A DNA stretch of 64,000 nucleotides, taken from contig CDMY01000553.1 in NCBI GenBank assembly GCA_001179505.1, forward strand, positions 124,001 to 188,000. The letters are read 5' to 3'. Numbering within the stretch: the first letter of the stretch is position 1; every line of letters begins with the position of its first letter. A program made the position numbers and the translations under genes. This stretch comes from Vitrella brassicaformis CCMP3155. Lineage: Eukaryota > Protista > Chromerida. The notes under the pieces were generated by a model that was not told where the DNA came from, made no database searches, and was given only the letters and a program-made list of their open reading frames with translations. Positions 36,765-49,594 of the stretch are shown one piece after another.

Positions 36765-37881
36765 CAGAGCAGCAGAACGAGAGGAAGCGGGGCGGGACTT
36801 TCTGTGTCTCCTGTACTTTGTGGAGAGTTTTTGAGGCTTTGCCATGTCCCTGATGGAGGGATGGCTGGATGGATGGGCGGGTGGACGGGTGCCGCATGTG
36901 TCTGTTGAATGTCATTAACGTACGTACTAGGTAGGGCCTTTCCGGGCCTGTTGGCACAGCGCGTCTCGAGATGCCTTTGCTTCCAGCCACCCGGTGGCGG
37001 CCTGGCAGCACTGGCAGATGAGCACGCGTCTGACTTGGGGGCTGGGTGTGGTGTGGGCCTGGGGTGCTCAAGCCAACTTTCTAGTTACCGCGATTGCATG
37101 CAATGCATTGAAGGAGGGAGGGAAACGGCCGCGAAATATTCACATGACCGGCCGTCCCTAACATCCATCCATCCCACAAGGGAGGGAGAGACGGCGGGTC
37201 CTATCTGGTTCCCGCAACCTGCACGTTTTCCTGCCTGCCTGTCTGCCCTGCATGCCTGCATCTCGGCAGCAACGCCATGGTGGCTGCTGCCGGCTGCTGC
37301 CTCACTGTGACAGGCAGCAGCCACCATGACGTTACGGCAGAGAGAGTGACACAGGAAGACAGACAGGCAGGCAGGCAGACGTAGGATGCATTGTATCGTC
37401 CACCCAGTCAACACGAGTAAGAGTATGCACACGAACGGGACGGATGCATGCCATGAGCCCGCCCAGCCCACACAGAAAGAAATGCAGCACGAGATATAGA
37501 TCATGGGAGCAAGCACACCGGCAAGCCGCCTCCCTCCCTCCCTCCGTATGCATAAAAGGAAGCGATCGGACGAAGGGAGGGCGCATCTCATTCATGCATA
37601 GCTACCTCATGCACACATGGCCACGAGCACCATCCATCCATCAGGCGTGCACATGCCATGAATGGCACCCCACCCAGCCAGCAGCGACCCACCCCTCCAG
37701 CCATCCCCACAGCCAGTCTCTATCTATCTGTGTATGGCTACCATCCGCCCACCCATCCCCATCGGTGTGGGCATCAACCCACCCCCCAGTGAGTGTCTCT
37801 CAGCTACGTCCGTCAGCCGCTACCTGTGTATCGCTATCTATCTATCGCTCGGTCGCGTGTGGGTCGGAGTGTGTGTGCGTG

Positions 37882-39825
37882 TCAGTTGTCCTGTTCGCCC
37901 TCGCCCTCGTCGAGTTTGGGTGCCAGGTAGAAGCACAGGCTGCCGGCGTTGTCACGGTTGTCCAGCAACGTGTACTTGACGCGCACAGGGGTGCCCTCGT
38001 TCATGCCTACACACACACATGGATGGATGGATGGATGGGTGCGTGTGGAGTTCATTGCAGGCACACGTGGCGTGTGCTCACTGAGTTCGACGAAGTCCGT
38101 GAGGGGTGTGGCACGTGTGAAGTAGTTGAGGTACCGCAGGGCGAACGACAACTCGACCGCCTCCTTGACCACAACCGTCACGTTCTCGGATTGCTGAACA
38201 GACGTCCACACAACACCATGCACCAGTGTGTGTGTGTGTGTGTGTGGAGTGGGGACGGTCCATTTGAATCTCACGTTTTCGTCCTTCTTGGCCTTCTTGG
38301 GTTTGAGGAAGACCTCCCCCTCGCCGACGTCGCCCTGGACCGAAAACGTGATGCCGTTCCTATTGCACGATATCTTGACTGAAGGAACGAATCACACCAG
38401 ACACACCAGACAGACAGACAGACAGAGAGACAGACAGAGCGAGCGTGGTGGGCATGTAGGTCTATGAGCGTGGTGTGTGGTGTGTGTTGTGTCGATTCCG
38501 TCTGACTGGTGTCGCCGAATCCCGCCATGTCCCTGCAGATGCGCTGGAAGTCGCTGGCGGGTATCTTGGCGGTGCACTGGTAGTCGGTGTCCTGAGGGAG
38601 GCCGAGCTGCTCGGTCTCGATGTCCATGAGCTTCATCTTGATGCGGCTGCTGCGGTCGGGCTTCCAGCTGTCCTTGCGGATTTTCTCGTCCACGTTGGCC
38701 AGGGTCTCCTTCTCGTCGTCATCGCCGTCATCTAGGTCGTCGTCGTCGTCAAACTCCAACTCGTTCGTCTCTGCACGCACGCACAGACGGACACACATCA
38801 ATGTCACACCCATGTGTGCCGCGTCTTGTTTCTCTCTCCCTCGCTGTGTATGTGTGGGGGGGTGTGATGCGATGCGCACGGACGCACCTCCGTCCTCCAT
38901 CTTGACGTCTTTGGTGCTGGGCTTGCTCTTGCCCTCGTCCTCATCCATCTTGTCCTCCTCCTACAACACAACACAACACAACACAACACACACAGGAATC
39001 AAGCGCCCATAAACAAATCGGCGCCCGCTCCCGTGTCGACCCGTCCGTCCATCTTACTTTCTCGTCGGCATCCTCGTCCTTGACATCGTCGTCCTCGTCC
39101 TTCTCGTCCTCGCCGTCCTCACCCTTGTCCTTCTTGGCCTTCTTCTTGCCGCCCCCCGTTTTGCTCACGGTCGGCTTCTTGCGGCAGTCCTTCTTCTTGT
39201 CGGCCTCTATCTGCCGCAGCCTGGCGCGCACCAGCTGGCTCGGGGTGTCGAAAACGAACTCCACGTAGTCGGTGTCGGGGTGGGCCAGGAGCGTCAAGCG
39301 GTCCTCGCTGCCCATCAGACGCAGGATCTTGGTCACGTTGGCCATGCTGCTCACACACACGCACACACACACACACAGAGGGAGAGGGATGGGCGTGTGC
39401 AATGTTCGAATGCGAGTGTGGGTGTCGGTTTGGTGTTGTGTGTGTGGGTGGTGTGTGTGGTGTGGTGTGGTGTGGTGTGGTGTGTGTGGTGCGGTCACCG
39501 ACATACTTGAATCCGAGGACGTATTCCTTGTCGCATCTATAGCGTTTGAAGCAGGAGGATGAGTCCATGGCGTTCATCTCCAACACTACCAGCGACACGT
39601 GGCTGCTGTCCATCGCCTGCAAACGGATCCCAGTCGAACCTGCACAAAACACACACACGCACACACACACACACACATACCCACACGCACATTTCGCAAG
39701 TGTGTGTGGAATTGTCCCTCCCGCTGCTGCTCACTGAGCGTGAAGTTGACGTCGGTGCACAGCTCCTTGACCGCATCGAAGATCTTCTTCAGGATGACGC
39801 CCTGCGATATGACCGCCTCGAACAT
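37882..39825 (-). CDS. PCNA: Proliferating cell nuclear antigen with a long charged insertion; multi-exon
   Basis: MFEAVISQGVILKKIFDAVKEL, GIRLQAMDSSHVSLVVL, MKLMDIETEQLGLP, ASDFQRICRDM..FGDT, VELSFALRYLNYFTRATPL, FYLAPKL. Confidence 0.96.
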
Positions 39826-40536
39826 GATGCTGCTGCGGCTGCTACTGCAGGGCTGCCCGAGGAAACGCCACCGGCAGATGCACAATGACCGATGACACGA
39901 TCGCTACTGCGAATTCGCCACAAAACGAAGTGGCCGGGAAGGAAAGATGCGAGCTTCAAGCACGGAAGTGAAGCGTGAAAGATCGTGTGTGGACAGTCGC
40001 TATACAATGACAGACAGTCAATACAGCATACATCACCTAGATGGGGCACTCACTCTTCCCATTGCACTCGATGTCTGCGTGGCGATGGCCAAGATGTGCG
40101 ACCTGAGTCCCTGAGTCGGCCTCTGCAGAGGAAACCCAGTAACTCAAAGAGCACACCGCACCGATACCCACACACACATCACCAAGGGTGCCAACCACAC
40201 AGACAGCCATCAACCATCGACCTGATCCTGAGGCTGGCGTATGTCTGTGGCCGTCTTTTTGCACGTCGCACCTCCCGGAGTTCTTTACCACCCCTGGTAA
40301 TGGGACAAAGAACGCCAGCAGGATGATGTGCACTAAGGCCAGCCCCAGACAAACACCCACCTCGTTGTTTTGGATAAGAAAAGAGGACAAGCACACACAT
40401 CAGCCTCTCCACTCAGCACACCCATGCCATCCATTTCATTCAATGGATAATTGACATCAGCGAAAACTGCACATTCAGCCAGCCAGCCGTCATCGACAAT
40501 AAACAAAACACCACTTATCCAACCTCCCCATCTTAT

Positions 40537-41841
40537 CTACCCCACCGCCACAAATCGCCTTGGCAGCGCCTGTGGGTCGCTCGTCCCGCCGACCCCGCCC
40601 TGCACAGCCCCGCCCTCCTGAAGAGCGGCGGCAAACGGCGACGTGATGTTGGGCGTCGGTGGCACGAAAGAGACGTTACGCGCCTGGGTGTGGCTGGAGT
40701 GGTCTGATGCAAGGGAGGGGAGGGAGGGGACGGGTGGCGGGAAGGCAGAGAGGCCTGACGGGCCCGAGGGGCCGGGCGGGGAGCGGGGGGGAGGGCTCCT
40801 GTTCGACTTGGGTCTGTAGCCGCACCCGGTTAGGGTACACCAGATGGAGAAGACCTGGTCCATGAAGGGGGCTGAATGAAACACACACACGTTCACATGG
40901 ACAACAGTGTAGTTGGCGATAGGTGTGTTGCGTGGATGGCTTCGTGAGTGTGAGTGAGTGAGCCTCCAGACATACCTGTCGGGTCGAGGATGGACGGCTC
41001 GTTGAAGTCGGCTGGGTCCTCGTCAGCCGAATCTAACTCTGCGACCTGCTTACGACACTTGACCACCTGGATGAACACAACACACAAGACAGCACAGAGC
41101 CTTGGCTTTGTCGCGTGGTCGTGTTTCCTGCCGTCAGCGATATATACCCACCCGCTCATAGAGGTTTGCGAGTCGAAGGCTGTACAGTCGCGCGTGGCCG
41201 CTGTGGCGAGCACCGCACGGAACACACTCACACTCCTGGAAAGAAAGAACAAACGCCATACCCACCCACCCCATGAGCAGGCGTCCCTCTCTCCCTCCCT
41301 CCCCTGTGCTTTCCCCCAGTAAGCAGGCCTAGCGTACCATCCTCTGCAGCTCCTGGTCGATGGCCAGCGACTCCCGCTCCAGACGAGCGACCTCCAGATG
41401 GATGGAGGCCATGTCCGGGGCCGCCCGGGGGGTAATGCTGCTGCCGAGTGGGCTGTTGCTGCAGTCGTGGCTGTCGCAGCCGTCATGGCTCGCTGTCCTG
41501 GCACTCAAGGCGCTGCAGTCACCGGTCATGTTCTGGGTGTCGGGGTCCCACAACCACCGCAACTGCGCAAAAGGAGCAGACAGAAGAAAGATAAAGGGTG
41601 CCTTCTCCCTTTGTAGTCAAGTCAGCAGAGTGCCGAATGTGTGCGCTTACGCACCTCTGCCTCGACCTTACACAGAGCCGCCTCGAAGGAGCGCAACTGG
41701 CCCTCCTGAGCAGAGAGCGAAAAAGCGATACAGTAAGAACGTGCCTGTGCACTTCTGCTGTTTGTCGCTTACCACGTGTTGCGCGAGAGCGTGATATTTT
41801 TGCTCCTGCCTGTCCTCCGTCACCAAGCCCTCGGATTTCAT
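40537..41841 (-). CDS. Hypothetical protein with a short coiled coil and Pro-rich C-terminus; exon model tentative
   Basis: Exon-like segments LRWLWDPDTQNMTG..IHLEVARLERESLAIDQELQRM, VVKCRKQVAELDSADEDP and APFMDQVFSIWCTLTGCG..FVAVG*, separated by microsatellite introns with GT-AG ends. No family recognised. Confidence 0.5.
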
Positions 41842-42067
41842 TGTCGCTTCAACCAACGCCGAAAAAGATCACAGGAATGCAATGCTATCAAAAGAGCAGG
41901 GAGGGGCGCTACAAACAACCACGGTTCCTGAGGGAAATGGATCGGGTTAAAGCTCGCAATCGCATGCAAGACGCCCCCTTCTGCCCCCTTCAACGCTCTC
42001 TGCCCCGATGGTATTTGCAATGAATTGTGGATGATGTAGGGCGGGCGACTCCACTCCCATTGCGAAG

Positions 42068-45000
42068 ATGCAGAGCTACGCTGTGGGATTCACCGTGCAC
42101 GATGCCGAGGGCCTCGTCACGAAGCGCGGGACGATTGATCCGGTAAGCGCATGGAAGGCTGATCACGTTTCTATCTCCGTGTCGTATGCGTGCCAGCTGG
42201 TGGTGGTGCGGTGCTGCGGCCGGGAATATCGCACCGAAGTGAAACGGTAAGCACCTTCCCACATGGCTGGCTCGATAACACCAGCCATCTTGCTGTCTTG
42301 ATCTTCTGCCGCCACCATCTATTTGTCTGCATTCAGCGGCAAAGCGTCTGTAGTGAGTTGGGATGAGAAGTTCATCTGGTCTCACATGCCCCTCACCCGA
42401 GAGGTCACAAAAGGAGAGACAAAGGAAATCTGAGACTCAGTGCCACGCGCCTCTACATTCATTTGGTGTCTGTGCAGGAGTGGGAGACGGCATTCATCGA
42501 GTTTGAAGTGCAGGTGATGTCAATGCATTCCGTGGCATGTCAAGCGAGGCACTCACTCCTGCGCGCATCCGTCCATCAAACTTTCTCTCAGGATGCGAAT
42601 TCCTTCTGGCGCAACGATGTCGTCGGCATCGCATCCATACAACGTACGTATTCGCTGGATGGGTATTCAGATCGACTGACTGGTGAGGTCTCGTCTTTCT
42701 CTCTGTGTCAGTTGTGTTGGTGAATCGGCGTCCCTCTCACCAAGTGCGACGGAGGCGGCTGTCCCTGTTCGACATCGAAGACACCGCCAAGAAAAGAGTG
42801 AGATGCCTAGCATAGGCCTCTCGCTGCCACTCGGATTGTTGGTCATTTATGCCAGGGCACGCTGACCGTGACTGTCTTCGCGTGTGAGCCAGGCCAGAGC
42901 CCCCCAAATGCCGAGATTAGACAGTTCGAGTGAGGGAAAGAAAGACGCTCCCGAAAGGGCTGGACAGAAAGGCTTTGCATTGGTCTCTTGTTGGTTTGGT
43001 GCTGTCAGCGACTCTGGTGAGGTGCCTGAAGAGTCCTTTGAGGACCTCAGAAAATTTGTGCTCGGGCGACAACGTGAGCAGTGAGAGCGCTCTGAGACGC
43101 CTCACATCCTACCTACATTCTATGGATGTCTGTCTTCAGGTAAGGAATTGGATGCGACTGGAAAGCCCTACCATCTGTTCGTCACCGTGACGAGGATTGA
43201 AGACCTGCCCCTCACGCCAGCTGGAGGTCAGCTGGCTGAAATGAGAATCGATGAGGGGGTTGATGTCGATGAGAGCAGGTCTCATTCTTCTTTCCTTCAG
43301 CGCTGCCCAACCCCTTCATTACGGTCGAATTTGGAAGTAGTGTGCTCAAATCAGTGAGTTCAGGGGGAAGGCAAGCCCTTCACGACTGACATGTCTCATG
43401 TGTGTCTGTTAGTCAGACAGAGGCTTCGGGGACGACCCACACATTCAATGAGACATTCAGGCTCCCAGTGATCGCTCCCGTCCTCGAGGTAGCCATTCAT
43501 TACACACACGCAAGTGCACGCACACAAGCATATCTTTGTTGTGTCTACCAGGATACAATTCTGGTTCGGGTGTGGGACCACCAAGGCATGGCCAACGACT
43601 ATCTCATCGCACAGGTAGTAAGCCATACACGCATAGGAGGAAGCCACGTCGTCTCAGGCAGATGTCTCTCTCATGCACGCAATGATCCATCAGGGCAGGA
43701 TTTCCTTCTCGGAGCTGCGAGGCCAACAATTGCAGCCACGGTCGGTCGGCACAAGATGATATGTATGTATACTGCCCGAACGGAATCCAAACAGTAACCA
43801 ACTGCATGTATGTATGCAGGTGGTATAACTTCTACGGTTTCCTGCCTGGCGAGTCTCCTGCCCTAATGCCTGATGGCGGCGAGATGGCGAGTGAGGGCAA
43901 TGTGTACCTCGGCCGCATTCTCCTCTCGGCAAGGTTTGTTTGCACCTGTGTTGAGGAGACACAACTCAGCACCACAACAAAAGAGACAGCATGATAGACA
44001 CATTGGCAGGCCATCTGTGGGCTGTGCTGCAGGCTGGAGCGTCTCGAAAGCATCGCCAAGATGCAGTCACTCGGGGTCCGTGCAAGACTCACGACACAAG
44101 AATGGCACACGTTCATCAAGGCACTGTCTGTTCTCTCGCATCAGATCCTCGTAGCGCGGCCCGTCGAGGAGCCTCAGAGGCGGCCATGTCAGGTGTTGGC
44201 GGACGTCTACGAGGTGCACGGCATCGAGGCGTCATACGTCAGTGTGGAGGTGGCGTGGGGCCCATACAGACAGCGGACGCCCAGATGGGGTGCGCGGGTG
44301 GCCGGCAGCGAGGCCAGGTACCCTTTTGAGTACCGGGAAGGCAGAATCGAGGTCTTGTCTGCACTGGTGGGCGGCAAAACGCTCAAAGAGTCGGGGTCCG
44401 GATGGATGGATGGATGATGGTTGGGTTTGTCTGTTGTGTGTGTGTGCAGGTGCCTGTGGATGAGGAGCAGCAGTGGGAGGTGATCGTCAGTGTGTACAGC
44501 AGGACCATGCAGCCCGGAGAGAGGCGAGTCGCATACCATCGATTCACGTACACAAGCAAGCAAACGAACACTTGCACAGCCCCTTATCTCTTGTGGCGGA
44601 CACACAGCTTGGAGGAGCTGCCAATTTTCACCGGCACGGTGCCTCAGCAGCCGCTGTGGATTCCTCTGCACCCACTCACACACTACGGAACGAGGGGCAC
44701 AAAACAAGTAAGACCACAGTCATCTGTGCCTCTCCGCGTCTCGTCACAAGCATGCGTGTCCCGGCAGTTGAGCGGCTCTGTGCTGGTTTCCCTGGAAAAA
44801 TCCTTCGCAGAGAACGTCAGTCGAGCAAGGTATACATGCATCGGTATCGCGACACAAGCACAGCTGAGTCGTCTCTTGCAATGATCCGCAGGCGGCCTCC
44901 AATCTCCGTTGTGGATTACGAGCTGCGATGCTACATCTACGCCGCTCGCTCGCTGGGCTTCCCCGCCACCGCACACACACTCACAGAGCCGCCCAACGCG

Positions 45001-48000
45001 CTTGTGGAGGTGTGTGAAGCACAAGGGAAGTCGACCGTTTCGTGCTGTGTATGGCTTTTGCTCGTTTGTTGTGTGTGCGCAGGTGCACTGTGCGGGCGGG
45101 AAGGGTGAGACTGTCTGTCAGAGAAGTCACTACCCCGCGTGGATGCAAAATCGTCAAGATTAAACTCAACCTCACAGTGAGGGATGATCATCATGCAAGC
45201 ACCGACGTCTCTCTCATTCACGCCTTTCTGTCCACACAGGTGGATGTGTCGACCAGTGTGCCGTCCCTCCAGCCAGTGGAGCTGCGTGTGATGGACCACC
45301 ATCGGTGGACCGGCCGCACACTCATCGGCCAAGCAACCTGCAGAGTGGACAAACTCAGAGCATCCGGCGCACCTGACGTCAGTCAGTCACACGCTGTGAA
45401 CGATTCAGTGGCTGGATGAATAAATGCACTCGCCATGTGCGCATGCCCGCAGGACAAAAAGGCTTCTCCGGTGTTGCTCAAGATCGACCCGCAGTGGGTG
45501 AAGCTGCGAGGCGGGCATCACCTCAACGTCCACACGGGAGACCTTCTCTGCTGCTGCGAAGTCATTCGGTCAGCCGGCAAGCGCATACAAACAATCATGT
45601 CTCAGAAACGCTTTCACGCTTGTGTGTCTCCATCAGTCTGAAGGAAGCGTCAAAGGTCGCTCCGATGCCGATGGTTCCCGAATGGCGCCTGTGCACCTTC
45701 TACTTCTCCCTCTACGGCCTCGTCGGCCTCACCACCAAAGACGTCACCAGGACAGACATCGGAGAGGCCATCCTCGAATCCCCACATCGGCTGCTGTCGA
45801 TCAAGGGCGCCATGGACTTCCTCAACATGGCCGTCAGGCAAGTGCAAGGTCCGCAAGAAGCCGAGGAGGGGAATGTCACCAAGCCACTCGTCGAGCTGTC
45901 CGTGACGAAGTATGGCGAAAAGGGCGGCGATGGCCTGCCGATCGACGTGCCCGAGATGGTGATTGCGTCAGTGGAGTACGATGAGGTGGTCGCATGGGAT
46001 CCGCTGGAGAGGAAGCGCAATTGGCGGACGGCTCGCGGCAAGTCATTCGACTTCTTTGCCGTCGTCAAGGGAGACGCCATGCTGCCGGAGCTACCGTTCC
46101 TCGATCCAAGGCTCTTCATCAAGGCAGGCAGGCCAGCAAGGGCCGTGTCATTGGATGGCCCCCATCTGTCTGGGAAGTGCAGGTGTTCAGCCAGTCGCCC
46201 AATGGCGACCGCACCTACATCGGTCAGCACACCATCCGGCTGCTGCCCCTCTGCCCGTGGCTCAAGAACATCCAAGCCTGTGAGCTGGCCACCCGGGCTC
46301 AAGAGGATTTCGTCCACACGCTCAACCTCGACACGATGCAAAAGGAAGTCGACCGCATCAAGGATGAGCAGCGGGCGCTCAAGGCGCGTGTGGTGGGCAA
46401 GAAGGACCAGGTCGAAAATCCGGTTCTGAAGGCGTTGAGGCTGGCTGACGAGGAGGCGCAGAGAAAGGAAGAGATGGAACGAGAGGCGGCCAGAAGGGAA
46501 AGCGGAGAGTATGTTGAGGTAAAAAAGGGTCAAGGGGACGCCAGCTCATGAGTCACTTTGGAATATCTCTGTATTGTTCAGACCGACTACACGTGGCTGC
46601 AGCCGACTGGTCTGCCCACCGGCTTCCCAATCGTGAGCTGACTGACCACAGACATACGAGCTTCATGCACAAGTGTCTCTTCCGCTAAAGGATGGTGCAT
46701 TGGATGAGGAGACGGGCAAGTATCCGTTCACGCCGATACTCCACAACATGCTTACTCTCAACCTCTACATACCAAGAAAGTGAGCGCCCAAAGAAGGAGG
46801 AGGAGGAGGAGGAGGAGAAAGACTGCGTTGCTTTTGTGGGTCCCTTTCGCAGTTTTGTGGTCCATTGCGAGGGTGACGGCCTGCAGACTGACGCTGAGCT
46901 GGAGAACACGGCTGGCGTGAGGCCGTCAGTCGACGGACCTTTGGAAGACTTCCTTGACGGTCGGCCAAAGCCATCCTTACTGCACACACACACGCGCGAA
47001 CTCATGTATGTCTGCAGACCTGTATTGGCCGTTGCTGCCCCTTCATCGCGCGCTGATCCCCTGCCCTGACCCTGGACTGGGGAGGGGATACGTCAAGTCA
47101 TGCTTCTTGCTCATGACCCAGGAACAGAGTACGTACCTGAGGCAAACCACAGGAGGTTTCGTTTGACGAAAATCTCAGTGCATGTAAGCAGATGGCCGGA
47201 CGATTGCGTCTGACCCCGTGAGTGCCGATGTGACGTCGTATGCATTGGACCCCAAGACGTTTCGCACCCGATTCAGGGACCGAAGCCGACTGCCAAGCCT
47301 AATGAGGCTCAGGTTCGCATACGGAAATTCATGCAGACAGAGGAGTATTCTGCGTCTGTCTCCTTTCTGTCGCAACAGGCTGTACATCATTCGTGCAGTT
47401 GCCTTGCAGGCTCGCGATGCGACGGGCTCGTCAGACCCATATCTTGTCATCACCTACGGAGCAGACAGCGTGAGCTGAGCTGCGGCTTCACCCACCCACC
47501 CACCCATTCACCACTCGCCCCTACAACCTTCATTCATTTGTGTGTGTGTGTGTCTCTAGGTAGACTACCGGTTCACGGCCAAGAAGCAGACCCTGCAGCC
47601 TGAGTTCTACCGCACGGAGGAGCGCGACATACGGCTGCCCGACCAGAGCCAGGTCATCATAGAGGTGTGGGACAAGGATGAGGGCATCGGCCAACACGAT
47701 GACCTCATCGGCGCAACCACCATCGACCTCGAAGAGCGGTAGGTGGGGGCTTTCACTCTCTCCGGCAGGGAAGGAACATCTATGCGAGATGGTCATTGAT
47801 CGCAGGTGGTTTTCGCAGCAGTGGCAGAGTCCACCAGGCGGGGGGCTGGTCGGATGCCGATTGAGCTGAGGCCCCTCTGGAACTATGTCAGAGACATAGG
47901 GGACCCTGTCAAGCAACACACGAGGTGAGCGCAAGGAAGGCGGACACGCAAAGAAGAAAGGGACACGATATGCAAACCGTTCCCACGTACTTTTGTGCGT

Positions 48001-49013
48001 CAGTCGGGGCACGCTGGAGCTGTGGCTGGAGATGCTGGATATCAACGATGCGGCAGACATTCCCCCAACAGAGCTCAGGGACCCCTCCCCTGTGGAAGTG
48101 GAAATCAGGCAACCGACAAACAAGGAGAAAGACCCCACATGTGTTTCATACGCATGTGTCTGACACAGGTTGGTCATCTGGGCCGTCCGCGCTCTCAAGC
48201 CCAACGTGGGCTCCTCCAAGAAATATGTAGACGCGATGGTGCGCGTGGCTCTCGACTGCGCCACTTACGAGGGCCGGCAGCCGACCTCACAGACGACCGA
48301 CGTCCACTACTCGGCCAGCGACACAGCAACCTTCAACTGGCGAGTGGTTTTCTCAAACATCCAGACGCCCTCGGCCGTCTGCGTTGCGCAGATATCGCTG
48401 CTCGACTTCAACTCGGTCGGCGCACCGACCTTCCTGGGGGAGGTCAATTTGGATCTGGACAAGTATGTGGACCGCGTGGCTGCGGAGCTCACCGCACTCA
48501 AAGCTGATGCTGAACTGAAAATCACAAACGTGTACGTTTCGAGAGACTTCTTGTTCCGGCACGGGAGGGAATGAGACACGCTCCTTCTGTGTGTGTGTGT
48601 GTGCACAGGTCTGCGCCGAATCCCAACGAGGCTCAGGCGTATGTGCAGCTGAGTCTGGAGGTGCTCTCACAGCCCGAGGCCAACAGCAGCAGGGTGGGGC
48701 TGGGCCGCGAGAAGCCCAACCGGGGCCCTCGGCTGCTGACGCCCACTGAGGGGCGGGGATGGGACGACTATCTCAAGGGACTGGATTTCGGCCTTGGGGC
48801 GTTTCTCAGGGAGGTGTGGCTTCGGGTGAGTGAATGAGGGAAAGAGGAGATAGATGTCTCAGAGACATGCATCGATGCGGCAGAATCTTCGTTTGGTTGT
48901 TTGTGGGTGTGGTGTGGTGTGCTTTGGTGCAGCTTCGTGTGGTGCTGGTGTTGTTATTTACGGCCCTCTTGATTGTGATCCTCATTGTGTATCCCGCGCT
49001 GGTCTACCAGTGA
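42068..49013 (+). CDS. Ferlin family protein (multiple C2 domains, C-terminal tail anchor), alveolate type; many exons
   Basis: C2 segments IDPLVVVRCCGREYRT, FNETFRLPV..VRVWDH, LRCYIYAARSL, LYIIRAVALQARDATGSSDPYL, TLQPEFY..IEVWDKD..DDLIGATTIDLEERWFS, PIELRPL, GTLELWLEM, LVIWAVR..QTTDVHY..FNWRVVF, VGLGREKPNRGPRLLTPTEGR; terminal TM LRVVLVLLFTALLIVILIVYPALVYQ*. Confidence 0.93.
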
Positions 49014-49594
49014 TAGCTAACTGCACTGCAGCACGGCATGTGAGTCTTTGTTCGTACTCGTCATCTCCTGGACTGAGGGTGTGCTCTCGCCCATTTGTAA
49101 AGCGATTTACATAGCGACGACATGTTTGCCTGCTTTCTGCTTCTCTAGGGTCTAGATGACAGGATCTGAGACCCAGAGTGTCAACTCTGAAACGTGACGA
49201 CACAGGTCTTCAGAGGTCACCCTCGGTGCATTCGGGGAGAAAAAGAAATGCCTTTGATCAGCCCTTGATTGGCAGGAAGGTCCATGCATCCATCCATCCA
49301 TCCGTCCATCTCGCTTGGCATCCAGGCAGCCACCAAAAAGCAAAAGACAGCCATTCATGCACCACACTCTCTCCCTCCCTCCCTCCCTCCCTCCCCCCCC
49401 TGTACAATCACAACTGCACACAGGCAGGCAGGCAGGAAAGAGGCATGCCAGGCGGAAATGATAGTCACAAACGTGGCCAACCAGTAGATGCAGCCAGCCA
49501 GCCACACATCAGGCCGGCAGGCGGGTCGACGTCACGCCCATTATGCAGTGTAATCGGGTGAGTGTGTGAGCGTGTGAAGGGTTCTGTCTGATTC

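Noticed and set aside
40037-40396. 119-aa minus-strand ORF with a hydrophobic stretch upstream of PCNA
   Set aside because: No ATG in good context, no splice support and no family match; probably UTR or intergenic.
28628-49013. CRMP-like receptor and ferlin as a secretion gene cluster
   Set aside because: Separated by PCNA and another gene, and there is no evidence of co-regulation in the sequence.
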